Shown: piece after piece, positions 36,806 through 47,564 of the stretch
Layout of the letters: the number at the start of each line of letters is the position of its first letter
Position numbering within the stretch: position 1 is the first letter of the stretch
Source: Candidatus Latescibacterota bacterium
Lineage (GTDB): Bacteria; Latescibacterota; UBA2968; UBA8231
Assembly: GCA_965261395.1 (NCBI GenBank)
Contig: OZ253462.1
Location: forward strand, 2,944,001-3,008,000
Reading direction: 5' to 3'
DNA: 64,000 nucleotides
Program-made: the position numbers and the translations under genes
Notes under the pieces: generated by a model
Database searches by the model: none
What the model was told of the DNA's origin: nothing
What the model saw: only the letters and a program-made list of their open reading frames with translations

Positions 36806-38700
36806 CGCAGGTGCCAGTCTGCGTCTTCGAGTGCCTCGTAGACCACGCCGCCCTCCACCTGCTTGGGCATGGGGATGCCCAGCAAATAGCACAGCGTCGG
36901 CGCGACATCCACCGCCCGCACCTGCCGCCTGAGTGCCAGCCCTTGCTTTACGCCGGCACCGGCTAGCACGAACGTGCAGTGCTGCCCACCGATACCGAGG
37001 GTGGCCGAGGGTAGCTGCTTGCCGTGTGCTCCGTCGTATTCGGGCCGCAGCGCATAGACCACGTCGCCGACAAGTTCGCCCGACAGATTGACCATTTCCG
37101 CGTCTTCCCTGGTCAGCGCGAGGGCAAAAGGACAGCGCTCGGTCTGCGGATGGCTATAGGCGTGGAGGGCTTCGATGAGGTCGAGCCGCGTCTGCTCGTA
37201 GTCGCTGGGCTCGACGATCCCCGTAGGCTCGCGTCCCTTGAGATTGATGAAGATGTGTACCAGCCCCACATTGGCCGCCAGCGTTCGCTGCCAGTCGATT
37301 TGTTTTTTCTCTGCGTCTGCATAGACCAAAAAGCCCGCCTGTTCCAGCACCTCGGCGATATCGACCGGTCGGTGCTGGTTGGGGGTGCCGCCGTGGTCGG
37401 AGACGACCACGACGACCGTGTCGTCGTCGGCCAGCGCGGCGATGCGGCCGATCATGCGATCTATGGAGGCGTAGGTCTCGGCCACGCCCGCTTGGCAGCG
37501 CGCAAGGGTGTGCGGGTCGGCTCCGCTGCACTCGTCGGCCTGCGAGAGGAAGAAGTGGCTGGTGTAATCCGAGGCGTGGGTTTCGATGAACAGCACGTCC
37601 CAGTCGTTGCTCTCCGTCAGGTAGTCAGCCACATCGGCCAACCGCTGGTGGTGGAAGTCCAATAGCTCGAAATAGGTCGCGTCATCGACTACGCCCAAAG
37701 CGTCGCGCCCTGGATTCTGCAGGAAATTGCCGACGTGTTCGTCGATCTGCTGCGCCACTTCCTCCGGCTGGGTGTAGCCGGTCGCTGGCCAGACCTGCGG
37801 CACAAAAAGCTCAAAGACATCGCCTGCTGCGCTCAGACTGACGAGTTTCATGCGCACGTAGCCTGCCAGTGCTTGGCCATCGATTTCAAAGCCGTCCTTC
37901 CACCACTCGGTCCACTGGCCCACGGCCAGCTCGGCGACCCGATCATTCGCATCGCGGCTGCGGCAAACGAGCAGCCGGTCGTAGCCGTTGTCGGCCGAGG
38001 CGTATATCAGGCCGTAGAAATGCTTAGGCGGCCCCCCTCGGCCTGGGTGCATATCCGATCGCCCGCGCTTGAGCGGTTCGATGACTAGCTCCACTTCTTT
38101 TGGCGGTAGCGCGGATGCGGGCGCATCTTGCCACCCTTCCGCCGGGACGATCTCCACCGGATCGACGCTGCGCACCTTTTGCAGGGCGCTCGGGTCCAAA
38201 GTCTCAGGATCGCGCGGCCCGCCGATCGGCCGGGGCGTCCAGCCGCCGCCGACAAAGAGATGGTAGCCGGTGATCTGATGGACATTGGACACGCCCGGGC
38301 CGGTGCCCTCGACTTGGATGCCGGTCTCCACAGTCGGCGGCCACGACATCTCCCACTTGACCAAGATCGGCTTTTTGCCAACTCGCTCGAAGGTGTTCCA
38401 CAAGTACTCGGCCTGCGAGAGCTGGGTGTTGATCCCCCACACGGTCTCGTCGAGACGCCCACCTAACTTGCGGATATTAAAGTCCATGACCTGATGGGTT
38501 CCCGGCCAAGCCCCGGTCGAAGTCGCCGTCCAGCCGGGTGGCGTCAGGGTTGGAAAGACGCCGATCATGGGTCGTTTGACGCCCTGCGCCATGAGTTGAC
38601 CCAAGTGGGGCATGTGACCTTGATCCACCATGTGTTGCACCAACTCCATGGCGGCTCCGTCCATGCCGATGACGATGGCTTTTTGTGCCGGACTCTGCAT
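36802..38700 (-). CDS. alkaline phosphatase superfamily (nucleotide pyrophosphatase-like)
   Basis: IGMDGA, PTLTPPGWT, VSDHG, DVAPT. Confidence 0.85.
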   Translation of the reverse strand: MQSPAQKAIVIGMDGAAMELVQHMVDQGHMPHLGQLMAQGVKRPMIGVFPTLTPPGWTATSTGAWPGTHQVMDFNIRKLGGRLDETVWGINTQLSQAEYLWNTFERVGKKPILVKWEMSWPPTVETGIQVEGTGPGVSNVHQITGYHLFVGGGWTPRPIGGPRDPETLDPSALQKVRSVDPVEIVPAEGWQDAPASALPPKEVELVIEPLKRGRSDMHPGRGGPPKHFYGLIYASADNGYDRLLVCRSRDANDRVAELAVGQWTEWWKDGFEIDGQALAGYVRMKLVSLSAAGDVFELFVPQVWPATGYTQPEEVAQQIDEHVGNFLQNPGRDALGVVDDATYFELLDFHHQRLADVADYLTESNDWDVLFIETHASDYTSHFFLSQADECSGADPHTLARCQAGVAETYASIDRMIGRIAALADDDTVVVVVSDHGGTPNQHRPVDIAEVLEQAGFLVYADAEKKQIDWQRTLAANVGLVHIFINLKGREPTGIVEPSDYEQTRLDLIEALHAYSHPQTERCPFALALTREDAEMVNLSGELVGDVVYALRPEYDGAHGKQLPSATLGIGGQHCTFVLAGAGVKQGLALRRQVRAVDVAPTLCYLLGIPMPKQVEGGVVYEALEDADWHLR

Positions 38701-38714
38701 AGTGTTCTCCTGTG

Positions 38715-40190
38715 TTAGATTCCCAAGCGTTCGTACTGCTCCGGTGGAGCTTCACACTCTTCCATGACCCCGCGCAACAATTGCTGCATCCGCTGCTCCA
38801 ACGCCGCGTCGGCGAGCGGGGCCTCCTGTCGTGGGTCTTGCTCTAGGTCAAAGAGCAGGGTCCCGTACTCGTGCTGTTTGCTCCGCGTATGTCCTTGCGT
38901 CCGCAGCAGTCGGCAGCCCTTGCTAAAACCAAACGGCTCGGCTAGCTCCACGCCGGCAAATTCATCGACTGAGAATAGGTCGCGCATGTGCGAGGGCATG
39001 AGCGTGTAGTTGTACAGGGGCTGGTTGTCGGGCCGGGTGGGCGCGCGCATGTACACGTAGCGGCCATCGGTGACGTTGACCTGCCCGCCGTGGTTGCCGA
39101 AAATCGCGGCCTCGCGCACGGGTGAGTCGCTCGCGCAAACGTCGCGCAGGCTCTGGCCGAGCATGTCCGCGGTCGGCTCCACCCCAAAGAGGTCCAGCAA
39201 GGTCGGTCCTAGGTCGATCGACGGTTGCACCAAGCTCTGCCGCCGCTGGCCGGCTTGGCCGCAGCGAGGATCCCAGACGAAGAACGGCGTGTTGGACAGC
39301 TCGCGGTACCAAGGCATTTGTATCTTGGCCCACAGGTCGTGCTCGCTGAGCAGGAAGCCGTGGTCGGTCCACACGATGAGCATGGTGTCGTCCCACAGCG
39401 CGAGGCGGTCCATTTCGTCGAGGATGTCGCCGAGACGGGCGTCGCACATGCTCAGCAGCGATGCGTAGTGGCCCCGGCATTGATCGACGAGTGATTGTTC
39501 TTCGGTTACTTGGCCGTAGGTCGGCCAGTCGAACAGCAGGGACGAGCGATTTTTAAAAAGCTCTGGGTAGAGGTCTTGGTATTGACGCTGGGTGAAAAAT
39601 GGCTCGTGCGGATCAAAGGTCTCGATCTGCAAAAACCAGTCGTCTTCCGCGTGGTTGCGGCGGATGAACTCGACGCCGGCCTTGAAGGTCTGGGTTTGGG
39701 GCTGGTCCTCCTCGCGGCGCATGTATTGCCGATTGACGCGGTCTTGGCGATGCCACATGCTGCGGCCTGCATTGCTCGCGTGCGCCTCTACGGGCGGTGG
39801 GTCGGCCACCTGCCCGATCCACGGATCGCCCTCTTGGCCGCGGAAAAACTGCCAAGTGCTGTACTGGGTGTGGTAGGTGGCTCCGCCGGCCTCCCAATAG
39901 TGGTAGTGGTCGCTGATGAGGTGCGACGAAACCCCGGCGTCGCGCAGCATCCTCGGCGTGGAGTCGTCGAAAGGCTCCAGCGGCCCCCAGGAGCGGTGGA
40001 GAAAGTTGGGTCGCCCGGTGTGCAAATCGCGGCGAGCCGGCATGCACGGCATGGAGCAGACGTAGCTGGTATCGAATGTCAGCGTCCGCTCGGCGAGCCG
40101 CTGGAAATTGGGCGCGTGCGTCCAATCGCAGCCGTAGGGCGGCAACATGTGCCGGTTGAGCGAGTCGAACATGACCATAATTACCTTCAT
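38715..40190 (-). CDS. sulfatase
   Basis: MFDSLNR, CMPARRDLHTGR, FDPHEPF, TDHG. Confidence 0.92.
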   Translation of the reverse strand: MKVIMVMFDSLNRHMLPPYGCDWTHAPNFQRLAERTLTFDTSYVCSMPCMPARRDLHTGRPNFLHRSWGPLEPFDDSTPRMLRDAGVSSHLISDHYHYWEAGGATYHTQYSTWQFFRGQEGDPWIGQVADPPPVEAHASNAGRSMWHRQDRVNRQYMRREEDQPQTQTFKAGVEFIRRNHAEDDWFLQIETFDPHEPFFTQRQYQDLYPELFKNRSSLLFDWPTYGQVTEEQSLVDQCRGHYASLLSMCDARLGDILDEMDRLALWDDTMLIVWTDHGFLLSEHDLWAKIQMPWYRELSNTPFFVWDPRCGQAGQRRQSLVQPSIDLGPTLLDLFGVEPTADMLGQSLRDVCASDSPVREAAIFGNHGGQVNVTDGRYVYMRAPTRPDNQPLYNYTLMPSHMRDLFSVDEFAGVELAEPFGFSKGCRLLRTQGHTRSKQHEYGTLLFDLEQDPRQEAPLADAALEQRMQQLLRGVMEECEAPPEQYERLGI

Positions 40191-41233
40191 ACATTCACCT
40201 CGTGTAGGAGTTGGAGAGCCTGCTGCCCGCGCTCGGACTCAGGATCGCGCCGCGCAATGCGCCGCAATTGGTACAAGGCCCGCTGGTCGCCGTCGCGCGC
40301 TAGGGACAGGGCCTCGGCAAACCCTTGATCTCCCCAGCGGGACAACTGCGGCACTACCTCTAGGTCTAGATCCTGCCAATAGTATTGCAATGCTTTGCTT
40401 TGCCAGCCCGCGTAGCAGGTTTCCCAGTTAAAGTCGGTGACGCCAGTCAGGTGCGGCTCCAGCATGTGCCGCGCAATCGGCTCGCCTTGTGCCTGATAGC
40501 GGTTGTCGAGCGAAATGCGCAGGCGATCTTCGGTGTAGTTGGGCAGGGCTTGGTGGACGGTCAGGCTCGGAAAGATCAGCGCGTCCCCCGCTTCGTAATT
40601 CGCGCTGAGCCAGTGCCCGGCCAGTTCGGATTCGTCCACGGCTAAGCCGCCGGCCCCCAACGAGAAGTGGTGCTCCCGCACCTTGCCGATTTTGTGCGAC
40701 CCTGGCAGCACCGCCAACCCCCCCAACTCCAGCGGACAATCGCCCACGGGTGCCCAGAAGGTGTAGGTGTTGAAACTGCCTTGGAAGTGGACGAAGTCTT
40801 GGTGCATGGGCGTGGTGTGCTCGGTGTATTGGGGAAACCACAGCCGGGCGATCTTTTGGGGATGCGGCAGCACCGGGCCACCGACGACTTGCTCCATCAC
40901 GGCTAAGACCTCCGGCCAATGACCGGCCTGGTGAAAGGCCTCCAAGCGGTACACTTGGTGATACACCTCGGCGTATTCGGGGTCGCCTTCGGTACACTGC
41001 GCGCTGATCTGCGCAATACCTTCCATGGGATCCGTGCCGGCGACCAACCACCCGGCCTCCATCAACACTTCCGTCATCTCTTGCCGCAGGGATAGCAGCT
41101 TGTCTTTGGCCATGATCTGCCGCAAAAAGATGTACCCTTGTTCGTCCAAGCGCCGCCGCAGCTCGGCGCTGTCTCCGAGAGCATCGTTGGCTTCTTGCAG
41201 CAGGCCGACTGCACTCGCGTCTTTTGCTGTCAT
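40187..41233 (-). CDS. phytanoyl-CoA dioxygenase (PhyH) family
   Basis: TPMHQD, LAVLPGSH, GDALIF...H. Confidence 0.9.
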   Translation of the reverse strand: MTAKDASAVGLLQEANDALGDSAELRRRLDEQGYIFLRQIMAKDKLLSLRQEMTEVLMEAGWLVAGTDPMEGIAQISAQCTEGDPEYAEVYHQVYRLEAFHQAGHWPEVLAVMEQVVGGPVLPHPQKIARLWFPQYTEHTTPMHQDFVHFQGSFNTYTFWAPVGDCPLELGGLAVLPGSHKIGKVREHHFSLGAGGLAVDESELAGHWLSANYEAGDALIFPSLTVHQALPNYTEDRLRISLDNRYQAQGEPIARHMLEPHLTGVTDFNWETCYAGWQSKALQYYWQDLDLEVVPQLSRWGDQGFAEALSLARDGDQRALYQLRRIARRDPESERGQQALQLLHEVNV

Positions 41234-41255
41234 CAGGCTCGTCCTTGGTGCGGGG

Positions 41256-42068
41256 TTAGCTGGCCGCTGCCTCCATTTCGTTGTCCCGAAATCCGGCCAC
41301 GACGATGTTGTTGTTGCGCTCCAGCACGTTGTCTTGGTCGATGCGATGCGGGTTGTCCTCAGCGCGTCCCACCGGCCGTAGCTCCGTGCTGTGATAGCCA
41401 AAGCGCACGGATTTGCGCCAAGAGTCCGTGCGGTTGCAATCCGACCAGTGGATCGTCTGGTAGCTGAAGAAGATCATGTCGCCGCGCTGCGCTGGCACGG
41501 CGACGCTGTCGAGGTGGTCGGGATGGAATCGCTCCGGCGGCAGATGCGGGGCTGTATCCGGCCCTAGCACGTGCTCTAGCGGCCCCTGCTTGTGGCTGCC
41601 CGGCACGACCATCAGCGCACCGCTCTCCAGCGGCGTGTCGTCTAGGTGCAGCAAGCAGTCGACGAAATCCGGGCCGTCGTGCGGGTAGAACGGATAGTCT
41701 TGGTGCATGGGGAAGGGCGTGCCTTTCTCCGGCGGCTTGGCGTGCAGGACTGTGTGATGCCACTGCACTGGACCGTCGATGAGCTGCCGCACGCAGGTGA
41801 TCATCGCCTCGTGGAAGAGGACGCGGCCCCAAGCGGCCGAGTAAAAGTGCGGGTTGTGCATGAAGACCGCCCGCGTGTTGAGCCGGTCTTCTTCGTCGAG
41901 GTAGCGATCGCGCCAGGGGCCGACCCAGCCGATAGACTCCTGTCCCCATTGTTCGATCACTCGCACCATCTCCGAGGCCAGCTCTGCGGTTTCCTCGGGT
42001 GTGAAGAGTTGGGGGATCTTGAGATAGCCTTTTTCGCGATATTGCGTCACCTGTTCATTACTCAGCAT
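41256..42068 (-). CDS. phytanoyl-CoA dioxygenase (PhyH) family
   Basis: KPP...PMHQD, VVPGSHK, GDMIFF...HWS. Confidence 0.9.
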   Translation of the reverse strand: MLSNEQVTQYREKGYLKIPQLFTPEETAELASEMVRVIEQWGQESIGWVGPWRDRYLDEEDRLNTRAVFMHNPHFYSAAWGRVLFHEAMITCVRQLIDGPVQWHHTVLHAKPPEKGTPFPMHQDYPFYPHDGPDFVDCLLHLDDTPLESGALMVVPGSHKQGPLEHVLGPDTAPHLPPERFHPDHLDSVAVPAQRGDMIFFSYQTIHWSDCNRTDSWRKSVRFGYHSTELRPVGRAEDNPHRIDQDNVLERNNNIVVAGFRDNEMEAAAS

Positions 42069-42070
42069 GT

Positions 42071-43081
42071 CTAGCTCCTTTCTTCTTCGGCCCTTTTTTG
42101 TAGGGCGCGCATGTAAGCCAATGTATAAGCCGTGCCCAGCCGCCCGTCGTCGCCCATCTGCGGGATGTGATCTGGGATCAAGGTGCCGTCGTACCCGACT
42201 TCGGCCAGCGTGCGCATGGCCTGATACATGTCGAAGTATCCGTCATCGACAAAGGTCTCGACAAAGTGCGGCAGCGGCTTATCTACGTTGCGGTAGTGGA
42301 CCTTGAATATTTTGCCCTGCCCGCCGAAGTAGCGGATCGTCTCCACTACGTCGCGGCCCATGGCCTCGCCGCCCTCCAGCCAGCAGCCGATGCACAAGCA
42401 CATTCCCACGTTGGGGCTGTCGGCGATTTCGAGGGCGCGTTTGTACCCCTCAAAACTGCTGAAAATGGGGCGCGGCACTCCGCCCAACGGCACTCCGGGC
42501 GGGTCGTCCGGGTGAATGCCAATGCGGACGCCGGCTTCCTCGGCGACCGGTGCGATTTCCCTGGCAAAGGAGGCGAAGTTGTCCCACAGCTCTTCCTCAG
42601 TGTATTCGCGGCCGTGCGTCAGTCCCTCGCCGGTAAAGCCGCCGCCGGCCGCCTCGGCGAGCCGCGCCATGTCAAAGGCCCGCGCCCTAGAGCCGCCCCG
42701 GCTCTGCTCCGGCGGCGTGCTCCACACGCTGTTGGCCATGTGGGCATAGGTCGTATAGGGAATGTCGGCTTGGCCCAAGTTGCGGATGTGCGCCTTGTAC
42801 TCGGCGACTTTCTCGTCGCGGTTGGGCAGGTTGAGGGTGATGGCATCGACGTTGTGGACGCTGCCATTGCCCAAGCCGTAGAGCTGGATGCCGCCGCGGG
42901 CAAAGTGCTCTCGGCGACTGCGATAGTACTCGGGGCTGGCCTTGGCTGCACCGACCCAAGCCACTGCGTATTCGACGCCCATCTGCCGCACAAAGGCCAT
43001 TTCCTCCTCGCTCGGCTCTGGGGACATCTGGGCCGCGACCTTGAGGCCGGGCGCTATTTCAATGTGGCTTTTGACGGCCAT
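42071..43081 (-). CDS. mannonate dehydratase (UxuA)-like protein
   Basis: HPDDPP, VHYRNV, IPDHIP motifs. Confidence 0.8.
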   Translation of the reverse strand: MAVKSHIEIAPGLKVAAQMSPEPSEEEMAFVRQMGVEYAVAWVGAAKASPEYYRSRREHFARGGIQLYGLGNGSVHNVDAITLNLPNRDEKVAEYKAHIRNLGQADIPYTTYAHMANSVWSTPPEQSRGGSRARAFDMARLAEAAGGGFTGEGLTHGREYTEEELWDNFASFAREIAPVAEEAGVRIGIHPDDPPGVPLGGVPRPIFSSFEGYKRALEIADSPNVGMCLCIGCWLEGGEAMGRDVVETIRYFGGQGKIFKVHYRNVDKPLPHFVETFVDDGYFDMYQAMRTLAEVGYDGTLIPDHIPQMGDDGRLGTAYTLAYMRALQKRAEEERS

Positions 43082-43238
43082 GGCGATCTTCCTTTCGCTG
43101 CAAAGGGCAGGGGTGGGATTGCGCCGCAAATCTAAGGCTCGAGCCGTGCGCTATCAACAGAGAAACGCAGGCGATAAATCAAATATGTCGCTATACTTTG
43201 AGAGCGGAAGTGATACGTGTAAAATGCAGAATAAACTC

Positions 43239-44027
43239 ATGCGGAGTCCGACCCCAATCGTCACGTTGACGACGGATTTCGGCTGTGGCGACTACTATGT
43301 CGGCGCGATGAAGGGAGCCATCCTACGCATCGCACCGGAGGCCCAGCTCGTGGATATCTCCCACCAGATTCCGCCCCAAGACGTGCTCGCCGCCGCTTTT
43401 GTTCTGCGCCACGCCGCGCGCGAATTCCCGCCCGGCACCGTGCACCTGGCCGTTGTCGATCCCGGCGTAGGTACCCGCCGCCGCCCCCTCGCCCTGCAAA
43501 GTAGCGGCCACTTGTGGGTGGGGCCGGACAACGGCCTCTTCAGCTTCGTCCTCGACCGCGCCGACAGCCGGGCGTACGAGATCGCCCGGCGCGACCTCGG
43601 TCGGCCCAACCCGAGCAGTACCTTCCACGGCCGCGATCTGTTCGCTCCGCTGGCCGCTCACCTCTGTCGCGGCTTGGACCTCGCGGCGGTCGGCCCACCG
43701 GTTGCCGATCCGGTGCGCTTGGCCGAATCCGCACCTTGTAAATCTGCTGGCCGCATCGACGGCCACATCGTCCATATCGACGGCTTTGGCAACTTGGTAA
43801 GCAATATTGCGGCCGCCGATATTGCGCCGTGGGGCTCCGCGCTGCGCATCCGCCTCGGTGCGAACGTACTGACGGAACTTTGCCGCACGTACGAGGATGT
43901 CGAGCCGGGTACGCCGCTTGCTTTGATCGGCAGCGCCGGTCTGTTGGAGGTTGCGATCAACGGTGGCAATGCCGCCCGCCAACTGGGCGTGCAACGCCGC
44001 GCAACCCTTGTCGTCGAAAAGCTTTGA
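43239..44027 (+). CDS. SAM hydroxide adenosyltransferase (DUF62 family)
   Basis: LTTDFG, VVDPGVG, GPDNG, TFHGRD, IDGFGN. Confidence 0.9.
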   Translation: MRSPTPIVTLTTDFGCGDYYVGAMKGAILRIAPEAQLVDISHQIPPQDVLAAAFVLRHAAREFPPGTVHLAVVDPGVGTRRRPLALQSSGHLWVGPDNGLFSFVLDRADSRAYEIARRDLGRPNPSSTFHGRDLFAPLAAHLCRGLDLAAVGPPVADPVRLAESAPCKSAGRIDGHIVHIDGFGNLVSNIAAADIAPWGSALRIRLGANVLTELCRTYEDVEPGTPLALIGSAGLLEVAINGGNAARQLGVQRRATLVVEKL

Positions 44028-44042
44028 GAAAGAAATAAAGTT

Positions 44043-45401
44043 ATGTCTAGTGCTCCGCTCATTGTCAGTATTTCTGGGATTCGCGGTCTCGTCGGCCAGT
44101 CGCTCACCGACGAGGTGGTCGCTCGCTTTGCCGCGGCCTTTGGCACCACCTTGACGCCGGGTGCTACCGTCGTCCTCGCCCGCGACACGCGCCCGTCTGG
44201 AGCGGCTTTTGCCCAAGCTGCGGCTGCCGCCCTGTGCCAGACGGGCTGCCGCGTCGTCGATGTGGGTATGTGCTCCACGCCCGGGGCCAAGCTGATGGTC
44301 GCCGCGCTCAATGCCCAGGGCGCGATCATCATCACCGCCAGTCACAACCCGGCTCCTTGGAACGGTCTCAAGCTGGTGCGCGGCGACGGCGTCTTCCTCA
44401 ATGCGGAAGAGGGTGCGCGCGTCGAGGCCCTCTTCCACGCGGGCCAGTTTCGCTGCGCTGCGTCCGGCGTGTTAGAAACGCGCGATTCAGACGCCGTGGT
44501 GGCGCACCACGTCCAGCAGATTGTGGACTATGTCGATGCCGATGCCATTCGCCGGGCCGGGTTCAAGGTGGCCGTCGATCCCTGCAATGGCACGGGGGCC
44601 TTGGTGGTTCCGAGCCTGCTGGACGCCTTGGGCGTCGAAGCCACCTTCATCAACGCGCGGCCCGACGGCGATTTTGCCCACAACCCAGAGCCTGTGCCCG
44701 CCAACCTCGGCCAGCTCGGCCAGGCCGTGCGCGACAACGGTTGCGCCATCGGCTTTGCCATTGACCCGGACGCCGACCGCGTCGCGTTGGTCGATTCGAG
44801 CGGCGCGCCGGTGGGTGAAGACTACACGCTCGCGCTTGCAGTTCAAGCGGCGGCGGCGCGTCAGCCCGGCCCGGTCGTCACCACCCTCTCCACCTCGCAG
44901 GCCGTTACCGACGCGGCCACGGCCCACAACTGTCCGGTTTTTCTTACGGCGGTCGGCGAGGTCCATGTGGTGGAGAAGATGATGGCCGAACGCGCTGCCA
45001 TCGGCGGCGAGGGCAACGGCGGCGTCATCGTCGCCCAAGTCGGCCCCAGCCGCGACGCGGCCGTCGGCTTGGCCCTAGTGCTGGAGGCTATGGCATGTAC
45101 CGGTCGATCTCTTGAGGAACTGATCGCCGCCCTACCCAGCTACGCCATCGACAAGCGCAAAATTACTTGTACCCCAGAGCAGCTAGCCACCGCCCTCGCC
45201 GCGCTGCGCGAACGCTATCCCCAAGCGTATGTCCACCCGGTGCGCGATGGTTCCAAGCTCTATCTGAGCGGGCAGCTCGAATGCCCTTGGATCCACCTCC
45301 GCGCCTCCAATACCGAACCCATTGTCCGCGTCATCGCCGAGAGCGCGAGCGCCGCAGAAGCCGCTCTGCTCTGCGACGAGGTGGAAGGGTTGTTTGGGTA
45401 G
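44043..45401 (+). CDS. phosphohexomutase (phosphoglucosamine/phosphomannomutase)
   Basis: SISGIRG, TASHNP, DPDADR, GGEGNGG, RASNTEP. Confidence 0.9.
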   Translation: MSSAPLIVSISGIRGLVGQSLTDEVVARFAAAFGTTLTPGATVVLARDTRPSGAAFAQAAAAALCQTGCRVVDVGMCSTPGAKLMVAALNAQGAIIITASHNPAPWNGLKLVRGDGVFLNAEEGARVEALFHAGQFRCAASGVLETRDSDAVVAHHVQQIVDYVDADAIRRAGFKVAVDPCNGTGALVVPSLLDALGVEATFINARPDGDFAHNPEPVPANLGQLGQAVRDNGCAIGFAIDPDADRVALVDSSGAPVGEDYTLALAVQAAAARQPGPVVTTLSTSQAVTDAATAHNCPVFLTAVGEVHVVEKMMAERAAIGGEGNGGVIVAQVGPSRDAAVGLALVLEAMACTGRSLEELIAALPSYAIDKRKITCTPEQLATALAALRERYPQAYVHPVRDGSKLYLSGQLECPWIHLRASNTEPIVRVIAESASAAEAALLCDEVEGLFG

Positions 45402-45426
45402 GGGAAGGGACGATATACACCCATTG

Positions 45427-46329
45427 ATAATACGACGTCCTACATTATATCAGCTCGTCCAAGAGGATTGCTTCGCGTGGATGGAGCATCGTCCTCCCAA
45501 TAGTGTCCACGCCATCGTCACCGACCCGCCTTACGGCCTGAAAGAGTACACTACCCAAGAAAAGGACAAACTCCGGCGCGGACGGGGTGGTGTCTGGCGC
45601 ATCCCCCCAGCTTTGGACGGCTGCGTCCGCCAGCCCCTGCCTCGCTTTACTGTCCTCAGCAACGGCGATAAGCAGCAGCTTTCCACGTTCTTTGGGCAAT
45701 GGGGCGAGCGGGCACTGCGAGTGCTCGTGCCGGGGGGGCACGTTTTCATTGCCGCCAATCCCCTACTGTCGCACTTGGTCTATGCGGCCCTTGTCGAAAG
45801 CGGCTTTGAGAAACGCGGCGAGATCATCCGCCTAGTGCAGACGCTGCGGGGCGGCGACCGCCCCAAGAATGCACACGACGAATTTGCGGACGTCACTGTT
45901 ATGCCCCGCTCTGGCTGGGAGCCTTGGGGCCTGTTTCGCAAGCCGTGCGAGGGCCGCGTGCAGGACAATCTGCGCGTGTGGAAGACGGGCGGACTGAAGC
46001 GGATCAGCGCCGAGCGTCCTTTCGGCGATGTCATTCGCAGTGCGCCTACCCGGCCGGCGGAACGCGACATCGCGCCGCATCCCTCCCTCAAGCCACAGAG
46101 CTTTATGCGCCAAGTCGTGCGCGCGGCCTTGCCGCTGGGCGAGGGGATCGTGCTCGACCCGTTCATGGGCGGGGGTTCGACCATCGCTGCCGCGTGTGCA
46201 GTGGGTTATGAGAGTATTGGCGTTGAGAGCGATCCCGCGTTTTTCGATATCGCAAAAGCCGCAATTCCGCAATTGGCCACGCTGGAGGTCAACGGAGAAG
46301 GCAAGCCGGCACCGACAGCCGGGACATAG
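45427..46329 (+). CDS. beta-class N4-C/N6-A DNA methyltransferase (start uncertain)
   Basis: TDPPY before HPSLKP and DPFMGGGST. Confidence 0.85.
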   Translation: MIRRPTLYQLVQEDCFAWMEHRPPNSVHAIVTDPPYGLKEYTTQEKDKLRRGRGGVWRIPPALDGCVRQPLPRFTVLSNGDKQQLSTFFGQWGERALRVLVPGGHVFIAANPLLSHLVYAALVESGFEKRGEIIRLVQTLRGGDRPKNAHDEFADVTVMPRSGWEPWGLFRKPCEGRVQDNLRVWKTGGLKRISAERPFGDVIRSAPTRPAERDIAPHPSLKPQSFMRQVVRAALPLGEGIVLDPFMGGGSTIAAACAVGYESIGVESDPAFFDIAKAAIPQLATLEVNGEGKPAPTAGT

Positions 46330-46580
46330 GAGGAACCCCTCGGGCTCGAAGACACCCCGCTTGGCTTTCCTTGACGAAATATCCGTTGGCATTAGTCTTT
46401 TTAGGCAACAAGTACCTATCCGGGAACCTGACCGTCGGTCCGAAAGCCAGCTAGAAGGCAGGGCAAGGCCAGCCTCTCCTTCTCAGCCGCTCGGATTCCT
46501 GGGAAGTTTTCAGAGAGTTTTTATACCTATGTGACAGAAGACACTCCTGCCGGGGTGCCCACTCAGAAAAAGGAGAGACA

Positions 46581-47492
46581 ATGTACAGAATCATCTTCGT
46601 TTCGCTTGCAGCGTTGTTGGCTTGCACCGATCCAGAAGGCCCACAAGGCCCTGTAGGTCCCGTAGGCCCCCAAGGCGAACAAGGCCCGCAGGGCGAACAA
46701 GGCGAACAGGGCGAACAGGGCGAACAAGGGCCACGAGGCCCGCAAGGTGAACAGGGTGAACAAGGCGAACAAGGCGAACAAGGCGAACAAGGGCCACGAG
46801 GCCCGCAAGGTGAACAGGGTGAACAAGGCGAACAAGGCGAACAAGGGCCACAAGGGTCACGAGGTCCGCAAGGTGAACAGGGCGAACAAGGCCCGCAAGG
46901 TCCCGCAGGCCCGCAAGAAGCTATAGGAACAGATGTCTTTAGTCTCTTTACGTTCTTTAGGGAGGACTTCAGCAATACAGATCCACTGGGGGATTGGACC
47001 AAACGAGGTACTGGAACTTGGCGAGTACAAGGCGGGAGACTAATTGGACTGGGTAGTGATAACCGTTATTTAACGAGTCTGACCGCAGACCCCGACTTTA
47101 AAGGACCACTCTACGTCACAGTCACGACCCAATGGCTTAGTGGTGTTAAGTACTCTATGTACGGTATCCGGTTTTATTCTGAGAGTAGGGATTTCTACGG
47201 ATTTAGTATAAGTGCCAATGGGAGTTTTGTATTAAGTCGATGGGATGACGGAGGCGACCCCATATCACTGGTTGATTGGACTTATAGCTCATCCATCAAT
47301 CAAGAGGGAACCAATGAGCTAAGTGTTTTTATTGAAGAAAGCTGGATAGAAGCATACATCAACGGAATTCTCGTCGCTGGGGTCTTTAACAACGCCTACA
47401 CCAAAGGAAGCGTAGGTGTCCTAATAGGAGGAGACCAAACAGTGGCCTTCGACGATCTGACCGTAGGGGCGACCATTCCTTTGTCAGACTAG
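46581..47492 (+). CDS. collagen-like lipoprotein with C-terminal beta-sandwich (DUF1080/concanavalin-like)
   Basis: LLAC lipobox, ~31 Gly-X-Y triplets (46638-46916), AGGAG RBS, lower GC. Confidence 0.85.
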   Translation: MYRIIFVSLAALLACTDPEGPQGPVGPVGPQGEQGPQGEQGEQGEQGEQGPRGPQGEQGEQGEQGEQGEQGPRGPQGEQGEQGEQGEQGPQGSRGPQGEQGEQGPQGPAGPQEAIGTDVFSLFTFFREDFSNTDPLGDWTKRGTGTWRVQGGRLIGLGSDNRYLTSLTADPDFKGPLYVTVTTQWLSGVKYSMYGIRFYSESRDFYGFSISANGSFVLSRWDDGGDPISLVDWTYSSSINQEGTNELSVFIEESWIEAYINGILVAGVFNNAYTKGSVGVLIGGDQTVAFDDLTVGATIPLSD

Positions 47493-47564
47493 GTCGAATC
47501 TGTAGCCCGTTAGGCCACACCAGCCGACTTAGCGAATGGCCTCTTGTATTTTGCTTGAAATAGG

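Noticed and set aside
43239-44027. Fluorinase/chlorinase
   Set aside because: The TFHGRD motif and context fit the common DUF62 SAM hydrolase rather than a halogenase
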